Program-made: the position numbers and the translations under genes
Shown: one piece after another, positions 51,576 through 63,032 of the stretch
How the letters are laid out: each line of letters begins with the position of its first letter
How positions within the stretch are numbered: position 1 is the stretch's first letter
NCBI RefSeq assembly: GCF_028641065.1
Contig: NC_073379.1
Span: 12,648,001 to 12,712,000 of the forward strand
Reading direction: 5' to 3'
DNA from: Leucoraja erinacea
Lineage: Eukaryota
DNA length: 64,000 nucleotides
The notes under the pieces: model-generated
Seen by the model: the letters and a program-made list of their open reading frames with translations, nothing else
The model's database searches: none
What the model was told of the DNA's origin: nothing

Positions 51576-54500
51576 TTAACTTAACAGGGGACACGTATAT
51601 TGTTCGTTGTGTTCACAGTGAGGAGGATTGTCTGACCTGCAGCAAGGTATTGGTTTATTATCGTCACCTTGACACAGATAGGAGGAAAAAAACTTTGTTT
51701 CGCGTGTCATCCAGATAAATTATTCCATAGACCCAAACCGTGCAGAATATAGTCTTACAGAGAAAGGGCAGAGGGCAAGGGCCCCATCAAGGTAGACTGG
51801 AGGATCGGGAATACATTCTTATCTTTTGAGGGATTTCTCAAAGCGTCTGAGCGCGTAAGAAACTGTTCTTCCATCTGTAGGTACATGATGCACCTGAGCC
51901 ATGTATTGCCAACGTGACAGGGGTACCACGGTGGCGCAGTTGTAGAGATGCTGCCTTGCAGCGGAGAGTCCCGGGTTCGATCCTGATTACGGGTGCTGTC
52001 TGTGCGGAGTTTCCACGTGCTCCCCGTGACCGCATGGTTTTTGTCCCTCCCATATCCCAAAGACTTGCGGGTTTGTAGGGTAATTGTCCTCTGCAAACGC
52101 CCCCTATAGTGCAGGATAGAACTAATGCATGGATGATGATGGTTGGCGCGGCCTAGGAAGCCTCACAGTTTTCAATCACACCCCAAAGGTCATTGAGTTT
52201 ATATTCCAGGCATAGAAACGCAACATTACGTACCTGAGTTTGTCACGGTAGAAGATAACACACATCACTAAAAGGACAATGGTTTTTAATCCGAGAGGGA
52301 TCCACAGGATCAGAACCTTGTAACTCTGTGTGACTGAGGAGAGAGTGAGAGAGATCAGAGTGGTCACTTGGAAAGTGGAGCGATCGACAATGTACAAATG
52401 GTGTATGCTTCACTAAGATCACCTCTTATTCTCTACACTCTAGAGAATACAGGTCTAATCTGCTGGAGGAAATAACAGACTGCTGACAGCGCTCAGGAAG
52501 TCAGGCAACTGTCGAAGGAAACCCAAATACGTCGTTTTGTCCGGGAATCCTTCCAGTTTTGAGGCAAATCTCGAATTGAATTGTCATTCGGCAATTTCCT
52601 TCCAGACATGCTACCTGGCCGATCGAGTTCCTCCAGTAACTTTTTTTTTCTGCTCAATGTTCCTGTGCCTGCATTCTCCAGGGTCTCCGGTCTAATCAAT
52701 CTCCCCTGATCTTCAATCAACCTGCCCTTCTGGGAAACAGTGGCGGAATCTTCACTACACTCCCTCCACACTAATCGTGGTTTTATTGTAGTTAAGAAGA
52801 ACAAAGTCCGACCCAGTATTGCAGGTGAGGTCCCGCTAGATCCTTATATAACCTCGGTGAAATATCTCAATCCTTGAATATAAATCCTCTCTTGACAAAA
52901 CCCGAACAACTATAGCCTTTCTCGACTCTTCCACCCTTCATTGACACGAGAACAAGCACAATATGGTCCTTTTGAACATCCACACCACCCGATCTCTGAC
53001 CATTTAATAAACACTCTCTCACCCGATGCGGATAATTTGACAATTTGCCCATTTTATTCCACATGCTCCCACCCCCTTCTCGACTCCTCCTGCCCTCTCA
53101 GTCCCACGGCACTACCACCATCATCAGACCTGACAATTGCCCCCCCCAATGACACTGAGCAGACAAGCTGAGACCTGGTCCTTTTGAAGTACCTCGCCAG
53201 CCGCAGACTCCCAACATGACAGAGATCCAGATATTTCATTCTACATTCTCCTCGATAACAGCTTCTCAATCCCTAACGGCGCGTTGCCTTAATGCCGCCT
53301 TCTCGCACCTGGTTCCCCAAACTCCTGGCTGGGACCCAACCTAGATCCTTCTGAGATCCAACCTACCACAGCACCTTGTTATCTCGGGCATTCAACTCCT
53401 CCCTCGCCAATAGACTCCAATCAGCTTGTCAACTATGGTCCCCGAATCTCCGCGTCCTCCTGCCCTCTCTCAGTCCCACGGCACTACCACCATCATCAGA
53501 CCTGACAATGCCCCCCCCCCCTCTCAATCAAACTGACTGATGCAGACTGTGAATAGCTGAGACCAAGAACCAAACTGTGAAGTACCTCCCTCGCCAGCCG
53601 CAGACTCTCAACATGACAGAGATCCAGATATTTCATTCTACATTCTGCTCGATAACAGCTTCTCAATCCCTGACAGTGCGTTGCCTTAATGCCGCCTTCT
53701 CGCACCTGGTTCCCCAAACTCCTGGCTGGGACCCAACCTAGATCCTTCTGAGAATCCAAACCTACCACAGCACCTTGTTCCCTCTCGGGCATTCAACTCC
53801 TCACCTCGCCAATAGACTCCAATACATTGATCAACTATGGTTGACTTTTCTCTGGAGTTGTATCTGACCCTCTAGATGCGAGGCTGCGCCCACTGAGTCC
53901 TGAGAGACAGGGTTTCCTGTTCCTGCTCTCCTCCCTCCCTCTGCACCCTCGCTCTACACGGCAGAATGTGGCGATAGTTTCTTACCGGGTGTGATCCGCA
54001 CCCGGAGCTGGACCTGCAGCTGGACCTCACGCTGGTACTGATGGGTATACGGGGGGTGTACGCTGCTCTTGAACGGTTCGTGGATGTTGTTTATCGCATC
54101 GTCGTTTTCAGTTTTGTTGAACTCCACCAGACACAGGTAGCCGTCACTGTCCTCCACACTCAGCTGCTTTATCCTGGTTGAGGCGTTTCCCAGCTCTGGG
54201 TCCCCGACCAGCTCGAACCGAGTTGCTCCGTTCTCCGCCGCCCAGGATCCATCAGCTTGTGGTCTGAACGTGACGATGTGTCGGTAGGGATCCTTCCTCA
54301 TCCATGTGACCGTGAGGGCCCTGGGGTAATGCGGGGATTGCCGATACACACATGGTAACGTGGCCGAACCCCCCTCAGTCCCATTCACCACTGAGACATC
54401 CCCGCCGGGAGCTGAGGGAAGGATAGACACCGGAATGTATCAGCGTTCTGTGGGTGAATCGTCTTGTACCGACCTCTCCCTGTGGGAGTGGGTGGAGGCG

Positions 54501-57500
54501 GTGCCCATGGCTCTGCATCAGGGGTCATTGGTCGTCGCTGAAGGCACAGCGAAACCGCGCCTACCCGGATCACAACACTGTTCTCCACGGGAAATATTCA
54601 ATATGTGAAGCGGTGAAGTCCACACCGAGAGGGAAACCCGCTCACACGGGATTGGGCACCGGGCACCGACACCTCCTTTAACACTGGACACTTCGGTTTC
54701 CATTGATAGTTGGATTCCAACACGGTGAACACTAAGGAATTTGATTTGTAAATTAGGCAATTTATTGGTCAATAGAAGCAAGGCTGCTCTGGGAGGGCGG
54801 CAGTGAGGGAGCGGCTTTGTGAGTAAAGTGTGAGTCTTTGGCTCGAGATTCTTCGGTGAGGAGGCTGAGGAGAGGAGACTACGCAAAAAGCTGGAGATGA
54901 CGGGACGCGGTGAACACATGAAGGGGAAGATGAGACAGTGTGATGCAGAATGTGGGAGCCCAGCGACATGGATGGAGCCTCTGGCTGCTACAACTGTGGC
55001 ATGTGTGTCCGGGTTCAGCTCCTGAAGGACCGTTTTGCGGCACAGGAGAAGCGGTTGGATGACCTCAGGGCCATCTGGGAAAACGAGAGTTTCCTGGACA
55101 GGACCTACAGTGAGGTAGCCACGCAAAGGTTACGGGAAGAACCAAGACTGTGAGATAGGGACGTAACCATGGAGTGCAGGAGACCAAGGTGGCTGTGCCT
55201 AATGAAAATATATACACATTATTGGGGGAGACGACGCTTCCAGTCCGAGCAGTGGCTCCAATCCTAGAGATGGGACTCGACTTGCGAGACCGACGTCGGG
55301 CAGATCCATAGTGGTGGGTGACTCCATTATCCGAGTTGTGAACAGGAGATTCCGTGGAGGCAGGCGAGATGTGAGGATGGTCTGTTGCCTCCCTGGTGCC
55401 AGGGTTCAAGATGTCACGAACCGAATTCAGAACATCCTCGAGAGAGAAGGTGAACAGCCCGCAGTAGTTGTGCACGTCGGCACAAACGACATCGGGAAGA
55501 AGAGGAAGGAGGTTCTGCAACTCGTGTTAAGAGAGTTAGGAAGCAGACTGAAAAGCAGGACTTCTAGGCTGGTTATCTCTGGATTTTGTCCAGTACCTTG
55601 TGCTAGTGAGGACAGGAGCAGGGAGATAGGGGATCTGAATGTGTAGCTGAGGGGCTGGCGCGGGGAGCAAGGATTTAGATTTATAGACCACTGGGATCTC
55701 TTCTGGGGTAGGGGTGACCTGTACAAATGGGACGGGTTACACCTTAACTGGAGGGGGACCGACATTGTGGCAGGAAGATTTGCTAGGGTCACACGTGTGG
55801 GTTTAAACTAAATAGTGGGTGGGAGGGATTGTCAAATTGGGAGTATAAAGATGCGGTTGTAGGGAAGTTGGTACAGGGGAAATTACAAAAGACTCTCGGG
55901 AAGGAAAGTTCGAAAAGGGATAAGAGAATGTCTGGGTCAATTGCTAGCGGTGCGAGGGGGGAGGTGAATACGGAGGTCAACGTGTTGTATAGGAATGCAC
56001 GAAGTATAAGAAATAAAGTGGACGTGCTTGAGGCTCAGTTAGAAATTGGCAAGTATGATTTTGTAGGAATTACAGAGGCATGGCTGCAAGAGGGCCAGGG
56101 CTGGTAACTGAATATTCAAGGGTATACCTCCTATCGAAAGGACAGACAGCTGGGCTCTGTTGGACAGGTGGGGTAGCTCTGTTGGTGTGGAATGAAATTC
56201 AGTCCCTTGCAAGGGGTGACATTGAAATAGGACATGTGGAGTCAGTATGGATAGAACTAAGGAATTGTAAGGGTGAAAAGACCCCAATGGGCTTGTCAAC
56301 AGCCCCCCAAACAGTAGCCTGAACATAGGGTGCAAGTTTAACCAGGAATTAAAATTGGCATGTAGCAAAGGTAATGCTAAGATTGTTATGGGAGATTTCA
56401 ACATGCAGGTAGACTGGGAAAATCAGGTTGGCACTGGACCCCAAGAAAGAGAGTTTGTGGAGTGCCTCCGTGATGAATTCTTAGAGCAGCTTGTACTGGA
56501 GCCTACCAGGGAGAAGGCCATTCTGGATTTAGTGTTTTGTAATGAACCGGATTTGAGAAAGAAGTTTGAGGTTAAGGAGCCGTTAGGAGAAAGTGACTAA
56601 TATGGTCGTTCAATCTACAATTGGAGAGGGAGAAGAGTAGATCGGAGGTTTCCGTGTTACGGTTGCATAAAGGGGACAATGGAGCCATGAGGGAGGAGCT
56701 GGCCAAAGTTCACTGGAAAGATACTCTAGCAGGGATGACAGTGGAACGACAATGATAGGTATGTCTGGGAATAATACAGAAGGTGCGGGATTATTTCATC
56801 CCAAAAAGGAAGAAAGATTCCAAGGGGAATAAGGGGCGACCGTGGCTGACCGTGGCAAATGCAGTTTAATTTGCATACATGTGAGGTTAACCACTTTGGT
56901 AGCAAAAACAGGAAGGCAGATTACTATCCAAATGGTGTCAAGTTGGGAAAAGGGAAAGTACAACGAGATCTGGGGGTCCTTGCTCATCAGTCTATGTAAG
57001 TAAGCATGCAGGTACAGCAGGCAGTGAAGAAAGCGAATGGCAAGGTGGTCTTTATAACAATAGTGTAGGAGCAAATAGGACCTTCTGCAGTTTTACGGGG
57101 CCCTAGTGAGACCACACCTGGAGTATTGTGCGCAGTTTTGGTTCCCTAATTTGAAGAAGGACATTCTTGCTATTGAGGGAGTGCAGCGTAAGTTTACAGG
57201 GATAATTCCCGGGATTGCGGGACTGTCATATGCTGAGAGAATGGAACGGCTGAGCTTGTATACTCTGGAGTTTAGATGGATTAGAGGGGATCATATTGTA
57301 ACATATAAGATTATTAAGGGTTTGGACACGCTAGAGGCGGGAAACATGTTCCCGGTGTTGGAACAAGGTGCCACAGTTTAAGAATAAGGGGTAAGCCATT
57401 TAGAACGGAGTCGGGGAAACACGTTTTCTCACAGAGAGTTGTGAGTCTGTGGAATTCTCTGCCGTTTCTATGGATACTTTCAAGAGAGAGCTAGATAGGA

Positions 57501-60500
57501 TTCTTAAAGATAACGGAGTCAGGGGATATGGGGAGAAGGCACGAAGGGCGTACAGATTGGGGATGATCAGCCATGATCCCATCGAATGGCGCTGCTGGCT
57601 CGATGGGCCGAATGGCCTACGCATTTATTCCTATGAAGAAAAAAAGGGGTAAGGGTAAGAACAGTCAGCCATGGCTCAGTAAAACTATAAAGGATAGTAT
57701 TCGGCTGAAGGCAAGGGCATATAAGGTAGCCAGAGATAGTGGGAGGGTAGAGGATTGGGAAGCATTTAAAGGTCAGCAAAAAATAACTAAGAGATTAATT
57801 AAGACGGGGAAAATAGACTATGAAAGGAATTTAGCGAACAACATAAAAACTAATAGTAAGAGTTTTTATAGCTATATAAAAAGAAAAAGGGTGGCTAAGG
57901 TGAACGTTGGTCCATTGGAGGGTGAGACTGGAGAGTTGTTGGTGGGGAACATGGAAATGGCAAAGGCATTAAACGAGTATTTTGTATCAGTCTTCACCAT
58001 AGAAGACACAAAAAATATTCCAACGCTGGATAAACAGGGGGCGGTAGGAATGGAGGAGCTAAATACTATTAAGATCACCAAGGAGGTGGTATTAGGGAAA
58101 TTAATGAGACTGAAGGAGGATAAATCCCCTGGGCCTGATGGATTACATCCAAGGGTCTTGAGGGAGATAGCGGTGGGGATTGTGGATGCATTGGTGATAA
58201 TTTTCCAAAACTCCCTGGAGGCAGGAACGGTCCCAGTGGATTGGAAAATGGCCAATGTAACACCTATATTTAAAAAAGGAAGTAAACAGAAGGCGGGTAA
58301 CTATAGACCGGTTAGTCTAACATCGGTGGTGGTTAAAATGTTAGAGACAATTATTAAAGAAACACTAACGGGGCACTTGGATAAACATGACTTCATCGGA
58401 CAGAACCAGCATGGTTTTGTGAAGGGGAAGTCCTGTTTAACGAATCTGCTCGAATTCTTTGAGGAAGTAACAACCCGGGTGGATAAAGGGGAACCGGTGG
58501 ATGTGGTATACTTGGACTTCCAAAAGGCTTTTGACAAGGTGCCACATAAGAGACTATTGCTAAAAATAAAAAATTATGGGATTGGGGGTAATATATTAGC
58601 ATGGGTAGAGGATTGGCTAACAAATAGGAAGCAGAGAGTGGGGATAAATGGTTCATACTCGGGATGGCAACCGGTAACTAGCGGGGTTCCGCAAGGGTCG
58701 GTGCTGGGACCCCAGTTGTTCACAATTTATATAAATGATTTGGAGGAGGGAACCAAGTGTAATATATCAAAATTTGCGGACGATACAAAAATGGGAGGAA
58801 AAGTAGGGGATGAGGAGGATAGGAAGAGTCTGCAAAAGGATATAGATAAGGTAGGTGAGTGGGCAACAACTTGGCAGATGAAATTTAATACTAATAAATG
58901 TGAAGTCATTCACTTTGGGGAAAAAAATGATAGGGCAAGTTATTTTCTAAATGAGGAGGAGCTGCGTTGTAATGCAACGCAAAGGGATCTAGGGGTACTA
59001 GTACATGAATCACTGAAAGTTAGTATTCAGGTGCAGCAAGCAATCAGGAAGGCCAATGGAGTTTTGGCCTTTATTGCTAGGGGGATTGAGTTTAAAAAGA
59101 CGGAGGTCTTGCTGCAGCTGTACACAGTATTAGTGAGACCACATTTGGAATACTGTGTACAGTTCTGGGGTCCATACTTAAGAAAGGATGTACTAGCCCT
59201 GGAGGCAGTGCAGCGAAGGTTTACAAGATTAATTCCTGCAATGAGGGGATTGACATATGAGGAAAGGTTAAGTAGGCTGGAACTCTACTCTTTGGAGTTT
59301 AGAAGAATGAGAGGCGATCTCATTGAAACATATAAGATCGTGAGGGGCCTTGATCGGGTGGATGCACCGAGGATGTTCCCAATGATCGGGGAAACTAGAA
59401 CTAGGGGACATAGTTGCAGAATAAGGGGGGGGCTCTTTTAAAACTGAGATGAGGAAGAACTTCTTCACCCAGAGGGTGGTTAATTTATGGAATTCACTGC
59501 CCCAGGGAGCAGTGGAAGCAGAAACTTTAAATATATTTAAGACTAAAATAGATGGTTTTTTAGCTGCCAAGGGGATAAGGGGCTACGGGGAGAGGGCAGG
59601 GATATGGACCTAGGTATGGTTAGTATAGTAAGACCTGAGTGATCTCCTGGACAAGTGTCGATCGCCTAGATTGGGGTCGGAGAGGAATTTCCCGGATTTT
59701 TTTCCCGAATTGGACCTGGGTTTTTATCCGGTTTTTTGCCTCCCCCAGGAGATCACGAGGTTCTTGGGGTGGAGAGGGGTGATAGCGGTATAAAGGGGAG
59801 GGTAGTGTCTTGTGTTCTGTGTCTTGTGTCTACTGTTTGTGGGTAAGTGTGTCTGTTTAGTGTTCAGCCATGAGCGAATGGCGGTGCGGGCTCGATGGAC
59901 CTGGTGGTCTGCTCTCGCACCTACTTTCTATGTTTCTATGTTTCTATGCATGTACATATTGTCTAATGTCTATAACGTCACCTTCCTATTTCTCGGATTA
60001 CACAGCCCACCTGTATTTGACTGTCGACCAGGGCCGGCGTCTCGTCTACTCCAGGAGCGCACTGGCCAGACGGATTAACTGGAGAGGAATCAGGAGTAGG
60101 AACTCAGGCACTTCAATCCCCCACCCCCACACCACCCGACGCCAGGCGGCGATGGTTCTCGCCCAGCAGCGCGGCTGTGAGTGTTCTCCGGCTTGGCCCC
60201 ACTTTAGGACCGGCTCGCCGACCGCGGACCTAACGACAGGACCCGCGCCGCAAGAACGAAGAGGAACCCGGGAGCAACCGCCGAGAGGAAGGTGGGCCGT
60301 CGGAGAGTGAGGAGGGTCGTCTGATAGTGTGGAGGGTCGACGGAGAGTGAGTTGGGCCGTCGGGGGGCGAGGAGGGCAGCCGAGAATGACAGTGAGGGGG
60401 AGGTGGGGCCGATGCCACCAGCGGCAGCAGGCAGTAGAGAGAACTGCGGTGAATCTTTGCAGCTGTCGGCGCCAAAACGTGGCGACACTTGTGTACTGTC

Positions 60501-63032
60501 AAGGTGACGTCCGCTACATGATTGTTCTGGGTTGTCTGCAAAACAACGTATTTCACTGTACCTAGGCACGTGTGAGAATACAGTATCATTGAATCATTGA
60601 ATTGAACTATCAACATGTGTTGATCAGCATTGTACCGGGGGAACCCGCGGTCCGTGAGCTCTGGGGCAGCGACAGTCTCTGAACATTGTTCTCACCTTCC
60701 ACAGTCAGCTCCGTTGGAATCACAGATTGAAAATTCCCAACATTGAGCTCCAGGCGGCACCGGTACTTATCCCTGTCCTCCCGTCTCAGTGGCTCCACCA
60801 TTATCGAGGCATCTCCCTCTCTGAGGTTCCCCACGAATTTGAACCGACTTCCGGCCTCCTGTGTCACTTCATCGCATTGGGAGCGGCCGGGACCGGCAAA
60901 TGTGCAGTTAAACGCAATGCTGGGATACAATGATGTCCTCTTGTACCACAGCACGGAGCCGCTGAGGTTGTGATTAATGCCTGGGTGGGTGAATGTACAC
61001 GGCAACACAGCGGAGGCCCCTTCCACGGCAGACACCCCATCAGCACCGGACATTGACCAATTAATGTAGGAAACATCTGGAGAGAGAGCGAGAGAGAGAG
61101 AGAGAGGGGGGGGGGGGTGGGGGGGAGAGGTTAATATTGGAACGAGTACAGGTGCGCGTTCCAAATCCACACTGTCCCCGGGTGGTTGTCACAAGCGATG
61201 TCTTCAGATTTGGGACTGAATCATCAACACGGGGGCGGGGATATAATCAACAATTCATGGGTGTGTAATCACGTCTGTTCCGCGGGTCAGCACAAGGCGG
61301 TGCCGGAGGAGGGAGATGGCAGCCCTGCCGGCAGTCTATTCGTTTTTCATCCTTTTTGGGTTTTTTTAGCGNNNNNNNNNNNNNNNNNNNNNNNNNNNNN
61401 NNNNNNNNNNNNNNNNNNNNNNNNNNNNNNNNNNNNNNNNNNNNNNNNNNNNNNNNNNNNNNNNNNNNNNNNNNNNNNNNNNNNNNNNNNNNNNNNNNNN
61501 NNNNNNNNATCAACCTTAGGATCACATTCTCCGGGCTCTGCGGCCTACCATCGCTGGAGCTGGGAGCCGCCTCGGACTGTCGTGAGCCCCACCGCGGGGC
61601 GCGGACTTACCATCGGAGCGGATCCCTTGCCTGGGATCGCTCCCACCGCGGCCTGCGGACTTACCATCAAGGGCTCGCAGTCTCGGGAGAGGCTAGTCGG
61701 GAGCTCCAACGCCGCAGAAGGTTTGTCCAGCCCCGACGCGAGGTTACATCGCCCGGCGCGGGGGAGCTGACTTCTCCCGTTGCAGGAGCTGGACGCCTCG
61801 ACGCCGCCGGCTATAGGTCTCAAGACCATCCCGTCAACGGAGGGTTCGAGGCCCCAACCAAGGAAGAACAAGAAGGAAAGGACTTGGAACTTTATTTTCG
61901 CCTTCCATCACAGTGAGGAATATGTAGGAGTCACTGTGATGGATGTTTATGTTAACATTTGTTTTTTTGAGTCTGCTGCTTTTTAAATTGTATGACTGAC
62001 CTGGCCAGTGAATTTCACTACACCAATTGGTGTATGTGACAATAAACGAACTTATGAACATGAAATTATGAACTTATGAGTTGTTTTTTTATAATGTTGC
62101 TGATTTATTTACATTCTGGGGAGGGGAAATGTTTGGACATTTTTCAGGAACGGGAACGGAGATGGATTCTTCGGATTCTATCACTGTCACATAATAGATG
62201 CATAGTGGAGACGGCCATTCGTTCCATCGGTTATATGCTAACACAATGTAACATCAATCCAGCCAGTCGAACCTCCAGACAGCCCTGCAACTTCCTTACT
62301 TACACATACCGTCGGTTAAATTTGCCCGTCTCCGCCTCCCCCCCCCCCTCCCCCCCCCCCGGCCCCCTCTCCGTCCCCGTCCCAGTGGAACCGCTCCCTG
62401 CGAGGACTCATGTCCCTCAGCAACACACTTGGTTCCTTGGCCAATCACCTCCATACTGTATAGTCATCGCTTCTCTGTCCACTAATGGGAACAACCTCCC
62501 TGTGCGCAATGTTAAATCCCTCCATTAAATCTTCTCTCGACCTCAGTGTTAGGAACTGGAAACCAGTCGGCCCCTCCAGCTCGCACCTCCGGAAAATAAC
62601 ATCACGGCTGCTCTGCTGTTAATTCTCTCTCCACGTCCCCGCCTGCTCTCTGTCGCCTTTTCCCCTCTTGGTTATCGAGAGTCTCAATCTGTTTTATGAA
62701 TGGCGGTCTCCATACGCATTTTTCCTCCATCTTAGCCGTTACCAGATAACCTACACCAAGGGCTCGGTGGGTAAAGAAGTCGCCTCACCACCACCTTCTG
62801 AAAGACTCTGCCGTATGGATAATATCACCTGAATCCCCACCCGCCCCATCTCATCTATTGACAGACCTCAGCCAAAGTACAAACGGCAGGAGCGCGGACA
62901 GAGTGCGAACCGGTACATTGGGAGATATGACGAGACAATGAGGAGATAACAAGGTCAACAAAAACACCTACTGTAACCGTGGACTGAGACGGAGAGCAGG
63001 ACGGTGCAGAGACAACCCCGGAGAGACCACAT
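51576..63032 (-). CDS. SIGLEC15-like two-V-domain activating-type receptor, copy B (spliced, ~342 aa)
   Basis: Exons 62972-63032 (MWSLRGCLCTVLLSVSVHGY, donor gtaggt), 60696-61076 (V1), 53986-54411 (V2), 52234-52333 (TM with Lys), 51576-51636 (tail RSDNPPHCEHNEQYTCPLLS*, least certain). Total 1029 nt, no internal stop, all GT-AG. Confidence 0.8.
52234..52333 (-). CDS. transmembrane exon, copy B
   Basis: Same peptide and splice sites as 32654-32753. Confidence 0.8.
53986..54411 (-). CDS. Ig V-set exon V2, copy B
   Basis: Within ORF 53954-54430; LPC...W...DSDGYLC; ccctcag| and |gtaag. Confidence 0.88.
54740..57620 (+). mobile_element. CR1 LINE (ORF1 esterase + EN + deleted RT), paralog of 34660-37490
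   Basis: Same motifs and same internal deletion, so it predates the duplication. Confidence 0.88.
57625..59943 (+). mobile_element. young 5'-truncated CR1 LINE with uninterrupted RT ORF, only in copy B
   Basis: ORF to 59441: KSPGPDGLHP, NYRPVSLTS, YLDFQKAFDKV, SGVPQGSVLGP, KFADD; (ctatgttt)n tail; flanks ctacgcat / ctatgcat (probable TSD). Confidence 0.93.
60696..61076 (-). CDS. SIGLEC15-like V-set exon V1, copy B
   Basis: ctctccag|AT GTT TCC TAC ATT AAT TGG...; LPCTFTHP, two extra Cys, YRCRLEL; G|gtgag; 381 nt. Confidence 0.9.
62972..63032 (-). CDS. signal-peptide exon, copy B (copy A: 40397-40457)
   Basis: ATG + 20 mostly hydrophobic codons, phase-1 donor gtaggt matching the V1 acceptor phase. 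Confidence 0.7.
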
